This document shows positions 1 through 9,627 of a stretch of 64,000 nucleotides of DNA, piece by piece. Each line of letters begins with the position of its first letter. Position 1 is the stretch's first letter. Position numbers and translations under genes: made by a program. The notes below the pieces were generated by a model. The model did no database searches, was not told where the DNA came from, and was given only the letters and a program-made list of their open reading frames with translations. The DNA comes from Candidatus Nanoarchaeia archaeon. Its GTDB lineage: Archaea; Nanobdellota; Nanobdellia; JAQUSD01. The DNA lies in contig JAQUSD010000001.1 in NCBI GenBank assembly GCA_028715295.1, positions 8,404 through 72,403 on the forward strand. The letters run 5' to 3'.

Positions 1-1
1 A

Positions 2-1438
2 TCCTATGGTATGGGGGTTATATGTGAGGAACTCTGCAGACAGGGTTTAGGATTTGCAGTAATTGATACTGAAGGGGAATATTCTTCACTAAAACAGAAG
101 TTTGATGTTGTTTGGGTGGGCAACAGCAAGGAATGTGATATAACGCTTGACAAAATAAATTTTGATGATTTTTCAAGAAAAGCCATGATGTCAAACATGG
201 CAGTTATTTTTGATGTTTCAGACGCAATGGATTTAATGAGTGTTGTTGATAAAATATGCAGTTCTCTTTACAGAACTGCTTCAGAACTTAAACTTCCGTA
301 TCTCCTTATTATTGAAGAAGCAGATAAATTTGCGCCTCAGAGAAACGGAAAAGTTGTGGGCAGTTTGAATGAAATAGCAAGGCGCGGACGAAAGCGCGGA
401 CTTGGTTTATTGATTGCAAGCCAGCGTCCTGCTTTTGTAAACAAAGATGTTCTTTCACAGTGCAACAACCAGTTCATAGGAAAACTTACTATACAGAATG
501 ACTTAAATGCTGTAAGGCAGTTTTTTAATGTCAGAGAAGAGCTTCTTAAACTTCCTGATTTAAACTATGAATTCTTTGCAATGGGTTCAATAGTTAATGG
601 AAAAGATACTTTGTTTAAGTTCAAGAAAAGAGAAACAAAGCATGGTGGTTTAACCCCTTCAATAAAAGCTAAAAAAACAAAAAACCTCAATGAATTCCTA
701 AAGGAAATAAAAGAACATCAGATTTTTGAACAAATATCAATAACACCTAAGATAAGTTATGAAACTGCAAGGAAAAAAGCTGAAAAAATGCTTAAAAAGA
801 AGTTTGTTCTGTTTGGTGATAATACTGAAAAGATTTCATCTGTTTCAATTGAATTAACTCCGGTTATTGAAGCAGACATTGAAGTAAAAAGAAAAAACAT
901 GCTTGGAAAACAGGTCCTTAAAAAATACAGAGTCTTATTCGATGCAAAATCAGGAAGCATGATGGATTATAACTTTAAACATCACTTAGGAACTTATGAA
1001 CTTATGGAGTTTGATTATACAATGTATTCACTACTTAAGCTTCTTAAAAAAGGGGATATGTCTATTGACGAGATAAATTCAAGAGTCAATAAGAACGCTG
1101 AAATCGCTGTTAAAAAACTAAGGGATAAAAAATATATAAGCACGAGAACAGAAAAAAGAAGAAACATATATTCCTTGCACTATGATGAAAAGTTTTACAG
1201 GATTTCTGATTTTGAAGTTAAGAAAAATTATCAGGTTAAGAAAATAGAAGTTCAGGAAATAGTAAGGCCTGTCTATAACACTGGTGATTTAAATAAAATA
1301 ATATCCTGTCTCGAAGAGAATTTTGTGATTAAAAATGAAAGAATGATTTATTACCCACTATATAATATTTCAATAAAAGGAGAAACGCATCGTTTAGTAA
1401 GAATAAATGGAGTTACTGGAAAAATCATCAATACTTAA
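2..1438 (+). CDS. HerA/DUF87-family (FtsK-HerA superfamily) ATPase, C-terminal part; the 5' end lies outside the window
   Basis: The reading frame is open back to the window edge. The Walker B-like segment LLIIEEADKF and the GRKRGLGLLIASQRP segment are typical of the HerA/VirB4-like DUF87 ATPase core. The C-terminal ~250 aa is lysine-rich and contains a winged-helix-like segment (MYSLLKLLKKGDMSIDEINSRV...KLRDKKYI). Confidence 0.6.
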   Translation, partial: SYGMGVICEELCRQGLGFAVIDTEGEYSSLKQKFDVVWVGNSKECDITLDKINFDDFSRKAMMSNMAVIFDVSDAMDLMSVVDKICSSLYRTASELKLPYLLIIEEADKFAPQRNGKVVGSLNEIARRGRKRGLGLLIASQRPAFVNKDVLSQCNNQFIGKLTIQNDLNAVRQFFNVREELLKLPDLNYEFFAMGSIVNGKDTLFKFKKRETKHGGLTPSIKAKKTKNLNEFLKEIKEHQIFEQISITPKISYETARKKAEKMLKKKFVLFGDNTEKISSVSIELTPVIEADIEVKRKNMLGKQVLKKYRVLFDAKSGSMMDYNFKHHLGTYELMEFDYTMYSLLKLLKKGDMSIDEINSRVNKNAEIAVKKLRDKKYISTRTEKRRNIYSLHYDEKFYRISDFEVKKNYQVKKIEVQEIVRPVYNTGDLNKIISCLEENFVIKNERMIYYPLYNISIKGETHRLVRINGVTGKIINT

Positions 1439-1603
1439 CGTATTATAAAAGACAATATTATAAGCAGAACCAATCCGACAACCACCAATATTAAAAACCT
1501 TTTTTCAATATTGTCAAGGAATTTTGAAATTTCTATTTTTCCCTTAGCCATGTGGGGAATATTGATTTTCCAATGTAATAAAGATTTCTAATGCATTGGT
1601 AAA

Positions 1604-1611
1604 GTTTAAAA
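1604..1611 (+). promoter_or_regulatory. TATA-box-like element (TTTAAAAA) about 30 nt upstream of tRNA-Leu
   Basis: An A/T-rich octamer sits at the spacing expected for an archaeal TBP/TFB promoter relative to the tRNA 5' end at 1640. Confidence 0.35.
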
Positions 1612-1639
1612 ATGACATTTTCAGTAAAATTATGTGTCC

Positions 1640-1724
1640 GCAGGGGTAGCCAAGTGGTCAAAGGCGCAGGACTTAAGATCCTGTGAGTGAAGGCTCTTCG
1701 AGGGTTCGAATCCCTTCCCCTGCA
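1640..1724 (+). tRNA. tRNA-Leu (anticodon UAA), class II with long variable arm, CCA not encoded
   Basis: Manual fold: acceptor GCAGGGG/CCCCTGC, D-arm GCC-AAGTGGTCAAA-GGC, anticodon stem CAGGA/TCCTG with loop CTTAAGA (anticodon TAA), long variable arm, T-arm with TTCGAATCC. Confidence 0.9.
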
Positions 1725-1760
1725 TAATTTTAAATATGTTTTTGAACCTTATAATTAGCA

Positions 1761-2567
1761 ATGGCATACAAAAAAGATGATTTAGTTGATAATAGAACTT
1801 ACAAAGTAAAAGAACTGCTAAAAGAACAATTCCCCCACATAGATTTTGAGAATATTGATTATGTTGAGAACATAAAAAATCCAGTCAAGATGCCTGTTAA
1901 AATAGACTCTCTTGTTCAGGATGCTGGAAGTTATAATAGAGAAATAAATAATATTGAAGATGTAGTTGACGAAGCTGAAACAACGGGCAGGGTTGATTTA
2001 AATGCATTGATTGGAGTTCCTAAAGATATTAGTGTGGAAAAAGGTTTCCAAGAACTTAAGCGTGCAGGACAAATTCTTAATTCAGCACTTGAAGCAAAAC
2101 CTGCTGCTCAACAAGCACCTGTTATGCCTAAACCTCCGGGACTTCCTCCAGGATACAATCCTTCTAATAACACACAACCATACTCTCCTGCAATGCCTCC
2201 TGGTTATCAGAACGCGCCTGTTATGCCTACCCCGCCAGGAATTCCTCCCATAGTCCAGCAGAACTCTATCCCAAATATATCGCCGGCACCAAGTGGAATG
2301 CCTCCTATTCCTGGACAATTAACCCCTGGAGTAGTAACGAACACCCCCAACCAATTTCCATTACCATCTATTAAACCTTTGCCAGGTCCTCCACCTTCAA
2401 TGGGGCCTCCAGGTTCAGTTGGACCACCAAAGCCATTTAATCCTCCTTCAAAGCCATCTCCTAAAACCTCAACTGAAGAATTAAGCGGGGTTCTGAAGCC
2501 AAATGAGGATGGCACAAACATGAAGCCCTCTGATATTCTTAAAAAATTAGGACAGAAACAATTTTAG
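1761..2567 (+). CDS. proline-rich low-complexity protein (PPG/PxxP repeats), function unknown
   Basis: A 268-aa ORF. Its N-terminal ~110 aa have ordinary composition. They are followed by ~150 aa of Pro/Gly/Asn-rich repeats (PPGYNPS, MPPGYQNAPVMPTPPGIPP, PLPGPPPSMGPPGSVGPPKP). Confidence 0.5.
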   Translation: MAYKKDDLVDNRTYKVKELLKEQFPHIDFENIDYVENIKNPVKMPVKIDSLVQDAGSYNREINNIEDVVDEAETTGRVDLNALIGVPKDISVEKGFQELKRAGQILNSALEAKPAAQQAPVMPKPPGLPPGYNPSNNTQPYSPAMPPGYQNAPVMPTPPGIPPIVQQNSIPNISPAPSGMPPIPGQLTPGVVTNTPNQFPLPSIKPLPGPPPSMGPPGSVGPPKPFNPPSKPSPKTSTEELSGVLKPNEDGTNMKPSDILKKLGQKQF

Positions 2568-2605
2568 ATAAATTTATAACTTATTACTCATTTTTATTAT
2601 TTCTA

Positions 2606-3466
2606 ATGGAAGGATTACCAGAACAGCCTTTTGACAATGCACCAAAAATGCCTAAAATAAAATTCAAGCACATTCTTGTTGCTTTTCTTATAGTGGCAGG
2701 TGTTGCATCAGGTTATTTCTTGGGTAAAGGAGCAACAGGCTTTGCTGTTGCTGACTCCAGTGATGTAATAACAAAATGTGCAGTCCAGTCAGGGATAAAT
2801 CTTGATTCTTTTAAAACATGCATTAACAGTGGGGTTATGGATTATGTTGTTCAGCAGAATTCATATTTTGCAATGATTTACGGAATTTCATACACTCCTG
2901 CGGTAATATTCAACTGCAAATATAGGTTAGTAGACCTACCTACAAAAGAAAGCATAATGGAGATAGTTACTGCAATAAGAAACAATGACATGGAGAATTA
3001 TATTGAAATGATTAATGAGAAGTATAATATCACTCAAAAAAGACAGCAGATGTTTGATGAGATAAAACAAAATGTTGAAGCAAATAAAGAAAGTATAATG
3101 CTTGAGATGATCCAAAGCGGAGATGCCCGTAATGAGGAGGAAGCAGAAATTATCATAGCAGAAACAATAGAATATCTTGTTGACTTGTATTCTCCGGGTG
3201 TTGAAATACCAGAAATGGAATCATGCGGAGATGGTTTCATAAAGATGACTGAGTTTGGAGAATATATGTGTCCTGGATGTTATGTTATTGAGCCTGTTAT
3301 ACAGGAAATACTTGCTGAAAATAAGGATGTCAGTTTTGAATTCATAGCAGTTCCAATACATGAAGGAATTGAATCCCAGATAATTGCAGGGGAATGTGCA
3401 AGGGAACAGGGAAAATTTGACTTATTCAAATCCTGTTTGTTTGAAGAGAATTTTAAAGATTATTAA
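2606..3466 (+). CDS. membrane-anchored DsbA-like thioredoxin-fold thiol-disulfide oxidoreductase
   Basis: N-terminal TM helix (ILVAFLIVAGVASGYFL). C-terminal CPGC active-site motif in a DsbA-like context (YMCPGCYVIEPVIQEIL...FEFIAVPIH). Confidence 0.5.
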   Translation: MEGLPEQPFDNAPKMPKIKFKHILVAFLIVAGVASGYFLGKGATGFAVADSSDVITKCAVQSGINLDSFKTCINSGVMDYVVQQNSYFAMIYGISYTPAVIFNCKYRLVDLPTKESIMEIVTAIRNNDMENYIEMINEKYNITQKRQQMFDEIKQNVEANKESIMLEMIQSGDARNEEEAEIIIAETIEYLVDLYSPGVEIPEMESCGDGFIKMTEFGEYMCPGCYVIEPVIQEILAENKDVSFEFIAVPIHEGIESQIIAGECAREQGKFDLFKSCLFEENFKDY

Positions 3467-3741
3467 GCAGTTCTTAGAATGATATGATAACCGAACTGAG
3501 TTCTTACTGGCTCTTTTGTCATTTCACCTATATTTAACTTAAATGAAGCGTCTTCAAATTCTCTTACCATCTGCCTTCTTCCAAAAAAGCCCAAATCACC
3601 GCCTCTTTTTCTTGAAGGACACTCGCTCATTTCCATAGCAACCTTATTGAAAGACTCGCCTTTGTTTATTCTTTCAAGAGCTTCAAGGCAACGAGACTGC
3701 TTCTGGCATAGTATATGTGAACATCTTACTTTATCAGTCAT
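3463..3741 (-). CDS. parvulin-type peptidyl-prolyl cis-trans isomerase (PpiC family)
   Basis: 92-aa protein with the parvulin signature (SHILCQ..., GGDLGFFGRRQMVREFEDA, GYHIILR). Confidence 0.8.
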   Translation of the reverse strand: MTDKVRCSHILCQKQSRCLEALERINKGESFNKVAMEMSECPSRKRGGDLGFFGRRQMVREFEDASFKLNIGEMTKEPVRTQFGYHIILRTA

Positions 3742-3776
3742 AAATAAGAACTAAACTTGACAGTATTTAAAATTTA

Positions 3777-5477
3777 TTATTTAATCCTCTTTTTCAACCT
3801 AATCCATGGTAATGTATTAAGAATGTCTTTTGATTCAGCCCAGCCTCTTCTTGCTGTTGCAACCCCCAGATTCATATATCTTAACTGTTCTGTGCTGTGT
3901 GCATCAGTATCTATAAATAAACTACATCCTGATTGAATTGCTCTTCTTGTATTAACACTGTCTAAATCAAGCCTTGAAGGATATGCGTCTATTTCTAAAT
4001 AAGTTTTAGTTTTCTTTGAAAAATCAAATAGTTTATCCAAATCAACTTTATAACCTTCTCTTTTTTGGAGTATTCTTCCTGTAGGATGCGCTATAACATC
4101 CACATGTTCATTTTCCATTGCGTTTATAATTCTGTTAGTCATTGTCTTAATATCTTCTTTAAATCCAGAATGAACGCCTGCAAGAACAATATCAAAATCT
4201 TTCAATACCTTATCAGGCATATCAAGACTTCCATCAGTAAGAATATTAACTTCGCAACCCTTTAAGATTCTTAAGCCTGTTTTTTTCTCAGCTTTTTCTA
4301 TTTCTTTCATATACTTGGGTATTTCTTTAACGCTCATGGCACCTGCAACTTTTAAATTGCCTGTATGGTCAGTTATTGCAATGTACTCATAACCTAATTT
4401 CTTTGCTTCAAGAGCCATCTCCTCAACAGTATTGCTTCCGTCACTGAATTTAGTGTGCATCTGCAAGTCTCCTCTAATACTATTATAAGGAATTAATTTT
4501 GGAAGCTTGTTTTTAATTGCAAGTTCAATCTCCCCTTCATTTTCCCTTATTTCAGGTTCAATATAACTCATGCCTAATTTTGAATAGATTTCTTTTTCAG
4601 TTTTTCCAGCAATCCTTTTCTTCCCTGAAAATAAGCCATATTCACTTAATTTGTAGCCTTTTTTTATTGCAATGCTTCTTACAGCAATGTTATGTAGTTT
4701 TGAACCTGTAAAATACTGCAATGCTGAACCATAGGATTCATCAGGGACAACTCTTATATCAACCTGAAGTCCATTTTTAAGAAGAACAGTTGATTTAGTG
4801 TCTCCTTTACCAAGAACCTTTGCAACATCTTTCATTGATGTAAAATATTCCATTAATTTTTTGGGATTTCTGCATGAAACAAGAATATCAATATCACCTA
4901 TTGTTTCTTTTTTTCTTCTAAGAGAACCAGCATAATCAACCTTAGCTGATTTATCAGCCATTTTGATATTTTTAATTATCTCTTCAGCAGTTGGAAGTGC
5001 AAAACCCAAAAGCATCCTCCCTCGCCCTATTTTGGCAAATTCAATGCTTTCAAGAATATTTTGTTCTGATTTTTCCCCAAAACCTTCAAGGTTTCTGATT
5101 TTTCCCTGTTTAGATGCTTTTTCCAAATCCTTTATGTTTTTTATTTTTAATTTGTCATAAAGATATTTTATTCTTTTAGGCCCCATGCCCTGAACATTCA
5201 TAAGTTCCTCATAATCAAAAGGAACGCTTTTCTTTAATTTCTCATAAGATTTTAGTTTTCCTGTTTCAATTATTTCAGCTATTTTTTCAGCAATGTGTTC
5301 ACCAACTCCAGGAAGCTCCATTAACCTTCCTTGTTTGTAAACCTGTTCAATGTCTTCAGAAAGAGTTTCAACTGTGTTTGCTGCCTTCCTGTAAGCCCTT
5401 GGCTTGAAATCCTCGCCTTTTATTTCAAGAATATCCGCAACATTGTAAAGGATTTCTGCTACAAGCTGATTACGCAT
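3777..5477 (-). CDS. polX: family X DNA polymerase (PolX) with C-terminal PHP phosphoesterase domain
   Basis: N-terminal HhH/Pol-beta-like region (LYNVADILEIKGEDFKPRAYRKAA...GVGEHIAEKI). Nucleotidyltransferase GDxD-like segment (IGDIDILV). PHP motifs (HTKFSDGS, ITDH, HPTGR, IDTDAHS). Confidence 0.85.
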   Translation of the reverse strand: MRNQLVAEILYNVADILEIKGEDFKPRAYRKAANTVETLSEDIEQVYKQGRLMELPGVGEHIAEKIAEIIETGKLKSYEKLKKSVPFDYEELMNVQGMGPKRIKYLYDKLKIKNIKDLEKASKQGKIRNLEGFGEKSEQNILESIEFAKIGRGRMLLGFALPTAEEIIKNIKMADKSAKVDYAGSLRRKKETIGDIDILVSCRNPKKLMEYFTSMKDVAKVLGKGDTKSTVLLKNGLQVDIRVVPDESYGSALQYFTGSKLHNIAVRSIAIKKGYKLSEYGLFSGKKRIAGKTEKEIYSKLGMSYIEPEIRENEGEIELAIKNKLPKLIPYNSIRGDLQMHTKFSDGSNTVEEMALEAKKLGYEYIAITDHTGNLKVAGAMSVKEIPKYMKEIEKAEKKTGLRILKGCEVNILTDGSLDMPDKVLKDFDIVLAGVHSGFKEDIKTMTNRIINAMENEHVDVIAHPTGRILQKREGYKVDLDKLFDFSKKTKTYLEIDAYPSRLDLDSVNTRRAIQSGCSLFIDTDAHSTEQLRYMNLGVATARRGWAESKDILNTLPWIRLKKRIK

Positions 5478-5566
5478 AAATAAAGAACTGCATTTGTTGT
5501 ATAAAAATCATTTCATAGAATTAGAAATAGCTTCTAGCTGAAGGCAAATTAAACAAAGGAAAAAGT

Positions 5567-5866
5567 CTATACGATGTCTTCCTCTGCTACAACAACAAAG
5601 TCTTCAACTGCAATAACTGCATTGAAAGGAACTTTTACAGTGCCTGTTTTGGTTTTTTCAAGTTCAATTGTTGATGCATAGTCAGTAAGGTCTTTCAGAA
5701 TAAGTCCTATAATCTCTCCTGTTCTTGTTTCAAAAGAGATGTCTCCGACTCTGCCGAAAGTTTTTCCTGATTTGCTTACAACCATTTTCCCGATTAAATC
5801 CCTTGCAAATTTTCTTTTTTCTTTTGACATGTTTCCCCACCTGTGGATTAATAATAAATACAACAA
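5567..5866 (-). CDS. PRC-barrel domain protein
   Basis: Small protein with a PRC-barrel-like segment (LIGKMVVSKSGKTFGRVGDISFETRTGEIIGLILKD). Confidence 0.55.
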   Translation of the reverse strand: MLYLLLIHRWGNMSKEKRKFARDLIGKMVVSKSGKTFGRVGDISFETRTGEIIGLILKDLTDYASTIELEKTKTGTVKVPFNAVIAVEDFVVVAEEDIV

Positions 5867-5886
5867 ATATATATTTTAAGCTTTTG

Positions 5887-6555
5887 TTAAAGTTTGATTT
5901 TCTGTCCTAAAAGGAATAAAATCACTGAAATAATTACCATTGTGCCTAAAGTAACGCCGAAATCCATAAACCCAAGGAAATACAGTATGATGGAGTTAAA
6001 AAACAGCAGAACATAGCTGATTCGGTGCGATATAAAAATTTCCATGCCTGAAAGAGTGGGGAACGGAAGTATTGAGAAAAATGCCATTGCAGAACTAAGT
6101 TGGACTATTCCCGCTGCTACTGGGCTGAAAGGTGCAACTGTTTTTGCTCCAAGACATACCAATATAAACATAAGGGGCATCCAAATATGAACAACTGCTT
6201 TTTCTCCAAGCGACATGGTATTGAACTTATAACCAATTCTCCCAAAGTAAGGTTTTATTTTAACTGCAGGAACAAGAAGGGCAGTCAGAACTCCATTTGT
6301 AAAAAAAGCAAGAACAGCCATTATAACAAGATGCTCCCATCTCATTTTAAACTCTGCTTCACTTCCTACTTTTGAAGCAAAGATTTTCTGAACTGAAACA
6401 GAAGCAAGAAGTATAAGAAAAGCAGACAAACTTTTGTATGCTAAATTAACATAACTCCATTCTGAAAATGCAGAAACAAATCCAATTACAATAGCTATTA
6501 TAGCAATATCTCTTATTTCAGCATTGCTGAATTTCTCAAACTTTATTTTAGCCAC
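5887..6555 (-). CDS. polytopic membrane protein, function unknown
   Basis: 222 aa with at least 6 predicted TM helices and no recognisable catalytic motif. Confidence 0.4.
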   Translation of the reverse strand: MAKIKFEKFSNAEIRDIAIIAIVIGFVSAFSEWSYVNLAYKSLSAFLILLASVSVQKIFASKVGSEAEFKMRWEHLVIMAVLAFFTNGVLTALLVPAVKIKPYFGRIGYKFNTMSLGEKAVVHIWMPLMFILVCLGAKTVAPFSPVAAGIVQLSSAMAFFSILPFPTLSGMEIFISHRISYVLLFFNSIILYFLGFMDFGVTLGTMVIISVILFLLGQKIKL

Positions 6556-6588
6556 TATCTAAATTAGCGTATATTAGAATAAATATGT

Positions 6589-7398
6589 TTAGTTTTCAGT
6601 TATTAAACCAAAGCTTCTAACCATATAAATTTCAGGTTTATCATACTTAAGGGTGAAAACACCGCATACATAAACCAAGTCGTTCTGCTTAAATTCAGAA
6701 GGACTTATATCAAGATTTTTCCAAACAGCAATGGTTTCATTTCTGTCACATATATCAAATATTTGATATGTGTTGTCTGACTTTGGGTAATACTGTCTTG
6801 TTATTTCACTGCACACTGTTCCGTTCAGCATAACATATCTCTCTGAATAACTTTGGTTCATTGCTAAGAGTTCAGAAAGAGGAGTTGGGAAAGCAGGACA
6901 TCCAATTGGTTTGGGCATTGCAAAAACAGCAACAGCTATGAAAAAAATAGCTATGCCGGATATAAAGTAATAATTGAATTTTTTAATAGAATCAATTGTT
7001 TCCTTTATTTTTACATGATTTATTATTAAAAATGATGAAATAAGTATTGTTGCTATATCTAGGTAAACTGTGTCTGCCAGATCAAATGCAAAGTATTTGC
7101 TGTAAAAAGGCCAGAAAACACCAACCCCGTAATAAGTCATTAAATCAGCTATTACATGGAATGTTCCTCCAAGGAGAAAACCCATACCTGCTTTTTTATT
7201 GAAAAGCTTCCACAAAACAAGACTTATAATTCCAATAATAAAAAGAGAATGAAGTTCAACCCTGTGGCTTAAGAATTCAGGAAAAAGCAAATCTATATCT
7301 GGAAAAACCCCTCCTATTACAACCCACACTAAAGGAAGTCCTGTCATGTAGGATAATGCTACTGAGAGTATAACATGGGTTATTGCATGCATACACAA
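6589..7398 (-). CDS. membrane-bound metal-dependent hydrolase (DUF457/YdjM-like) with extra C-terminal extracytoplasmic domain
   Basis: The N-terminus (MCMHAITHVILSVAL...GGVFPDIDL...HRVELHSLF...GTFHVIADL) matches the YdjM/DUF457 signature of TM helices with His/Asp ligands. The C-terminal ~100 aa are soluble. Confidence 0.5.
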   Translation of the reverse strand: MCMHAITHVILSVALSYMTGLPLVWVVIGGVFPDIDLLFPEFLSHRVELHSLFIIGIISLVLWKLFNKKAGMGFLLGGTFHVIADLMTYYGVGVFWPFYSKYFAFDLADTVYLDIATILISSFLIINHVKIKETIDSIKKFNYYFISGIAIFFIAVAVFAMPKPIGCPAFPTPLSELLAMNQSYSERYVMLNGTVCSEITRQYYPKSDNTYQIFDICDRNETIAVWKNLDISPSEFKQNDLVYVCGVFTLKYDKPEIYMVRSFGLITEN

Positions 7399-7485
7399 TA
7401 ATAAAGAAATGAAAGTTAAATAATTATTCTTAAATTATCAAAACTAAAAGAAAGATTTATATATTGGGTTTAAAAGATTCTAATC

Positions 7486-7839
7486 ATGACAAAACGGAAA
7501 AAAATTGAGACAAAACAAACTGTGTCCAAGGTTATCGATGATATTGAAGTTCTTAAAGAACCACTCAAAGGACTAAGTGAAGGGGTTAATAAAACAAAAC
7601 CTCTTTATAACAAGCAGAACATAACCACGCCAGGTAATATCAAATCCCCTTGTCAAAAGAATAAATCAAATGAAATTACAGATTTGCTTAAAGGCGTTGA
7701 TGTTTCTCTCTTCAACATTAATGATATGGAACTCAAATTAGTGGTATTTAAAACAGGATATTGGTTGGATTCTGATGAGTCTTATTTTATTAAGCCAAAC
7801 ACAGTTAAAAAAAGGTTTATGGATTATTACAAAAATTAA
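7486..7839 (+). CDS. hypothetical protein
   Basis: 117-aa ORF, lysine-rich, no recognisable motif. Confidence 0.3.
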   Translation: MTKRKKIETKQTVSKVIDDIEVLKEPLKGLSEGVNKTKPLYNKQNITTPGNIKSPCQKNKSNEITDLLKGVDVSLFNINDMELKLVVFKTGYWLDSDESYFIKPNTVKKRFMDYYKN

Positions 7840-7865
7840 TAAATGAAGTTTTACTCTTTTAATCT

Positions 7866-8762
7866 ATGCAACTAACAGTATTGGGCAGTTCAAGTGCAAT
7901 TCCTACTAAAGAAAGAAATCACTCTGCTTTTCTTCTTGAATATGAAGGGAACACCCTGCTTTTTGACTGTGGTGAAGGCACTCAAAGACAGATGGTTATT
8001 GCAGGGATTCCTGTTCCTAAAATAGACAAAATATTTATTTCACACTGGCATGGAGACCATGTTCTTGGCTTAGCAGGGATAATACAAACATGCACTATGA
8101 GCAACCGTGTAAAAGAACTGGAGATTTATGGTCCAAAAGGAAGCAAGGAAAGATTTGAACACTTAAAAAAAGCATTCAGTATGGATATTAATTATCCAAT
8201 TAAAGTCATAGAAGTAAGCAATGGGACTATATTTGAAAATAAAGACTATGAAATTTCAGTTTTCCCAATTGGGCATGGTGCTGTTCCTTCAAGAAGCTAT
8301 TCTTTTAAGCAGAAGGATAAACTGAAAATAAACCTTAATTATGTTAAAAAATTTGGTTTGGTTAAGCATAGAATATTAGGTGAACTGCAGAGAGGACATG
8401 ACATTGTTTTTGAAGGGGATAAAATAAAAGCAAAAGACGCAACAATAAAAGTTGAGGGGAAAAAAATAGTTTACATTGGGGACGGCAGAGTTGATTCTAA
8501 AATGAAAACTTTTGCAAAAGACGCTGATTTAATTATAAGCGAGGCAACTTACACTGAAGAACATAAAAGCGATGCAGTCAAGAACAACCATATGACAGCA
8601 AAGGAAATAAGTGAATTTGCTCATAAGTCAAATGCGAAGATGCTTCTTTTAACACATTTTTCGAGAAAACTCCAGACTCTCAAAGAAGTTTCAGATGAAG
8701 CCAAATCAGTTTTCAAAGGAGAACTTATTCTTGCAAAGGATTTTATGAAGATTAAATTATAA
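7866..8762 (+). CDS. rnz: ribonuclease Z (tRNA 3'-processing endonuclease, metallo-beta-lactamase fold)
   Basis: N-terminal LTVLGSSSAIPT...NHSAFLL...LLFDCGEGTQRQM and the HxHxDH motif (ISHWHGDHVLGL). The length (298 aa) fits short-form RNase Z. Confidence 0.85.
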   Translation: MQLTVLGSSSAIPTKERNHSAFLLEYEGNTLLFDCGEGTQRQMVIAGIPVPKIDKIFISHWHGDHVLGLAGIIQTCTMSNRVKELEIYGPKGSKERFEHLKKAFSMDINYPIKVIEVSNGTIFENKDYEISVFPIGHGAVPSRSYSFKQKDKLKINLNYVKKFGLVKHRILGELQRGHDIVFEGDKIKAKDATIKVEGKKIVYIGDGRVDSKMKTFAKDADLIISEATYTEEHKSDAVKNNHMTAKEISEFAHKSNAKMLLLTHFSRKLQTLKEVSDEAKSVFKGELILAKDFMKIKL

Positions 8763-8853
8763 ACTTTTTTACGTATTAATAGTATATGATACACTTATAA
8801 ACAGAAATAATCCCTTATCGGACACATTGGACAACTTAGGATTTTGCTTTTAA

Positions 8854-9297
8854 ATGCAGAAAATTAAGTTTTATATTATGAAATGTTTTGTTGATTCGAA
8901 CGTTTTCATTTCCCTTATACAGGATGAATTCGGAAAAGGATTAGAGTTTATGTCATACAGAACTCAGGAATATTTCAATAGGGTTATGAGATGCTTTCAT
9001 ACAATATTCATTTCTGAAACAATAATAGATGAAGTATGTAAGATTACAAATATCACATTATCTGGATTTATGGACTATATAAATATGTTCCGTGATAAAA
9101 TCATTATTCTTCAAAATAAAAAAGATGAATTAATGGAAGCTGAGGCTGTAAATAAAAAGTATAAAATTGGCAATGACGATGCACTTTATTATGTAACTGC
9201 AAGAAATAATAATTGTGACTGTATTGTTACATGGAATAAAAAGCATTTCCTATTTGCAGAAGATGAACTAAGAATTGTTAATCCAAGCGAGTTATAA
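8854..9297 (+). CDS. PIN-domain protein (VapC-like nuclease)
   Basis: Conserved acidic residues in PIN spacing (FVDSNVFIS..., ETIIDEV, GNDDALYYVTA, CDCIVTWNKK). Confidence 0.6.
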   Translation: MQKIKFYIMKCFVDSNVFISLIQDEFGKGLEFMSYRTQEYFNRVMRCFHTIFISETIIDEVCKITNITLSGFMDYINMFRDKIIILQNKKDELMEAEAVNKKYKIGNDDALYYVTARNNNCDCIVTWNKKHFLFAEDELRIVNPSEL

Positions 9298-9612
9298 TTT
9301 CTTTCCACCCTCTCTTTCCATTATTCTTTTTTTCAATTTTTGGTATGCCTCTTCTTTTATTTTTTCTGGAACAAATGGGCTTTTTATCTTGGCGCCTCTT
9401 GATTTGCTGAGTTCTCTCAATTTTTCAACATGATTAAAGAACATTTCTTTTCTTATTTCAATAATCAGTTTCCTTACAGCATCCCTTACAAATTCAGCTT
9501 TTGAGGAATACAATCCGCTTTCTATGTATTTTTCTATTTCATCAACCATTTCTCCATTGAACTGTATCGGAACTATTTTTTCATTAGGCATATAAACTTT
9601 ATATAAAGTCAA
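9292..9612 (-). CDS. ribbon-helix-helix (CopG/Arc/MetJ family) DNA-binding protein with lysine-rich C-terminal tail
   Basis: Beta-strand plus two helices (VPIQFNGEMVDEIEKYIESGLYSSKAEFVRDAVRKLI). It is convergent with the PIN gene and the 3' ends overlap by 6 nt. Confidence 0.55.
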   Translation of the reverse strand: MTLYKVYMPNEKIVPIQFNGEMVDEIEKYIESGLYSSKAEFVRDAVRKLIIEIRKEMFFNHVEKLRELSKSRGAKIKSPFVPEKIKEEAYQKLKKRIMEREGGKKL

Positions 9613-9627
9613 TATATATAAAGAATT

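Noticed and set aside
2011-2521. Three overlapping ORFs (80, 78, 104 aa) on both strands inside the Pro-rich gene
   Set aside because: The GC/Pro-codon-rich repeat region opens spurious frames. The translations are Arg/Gly/Pro low-complexity with no independent support.
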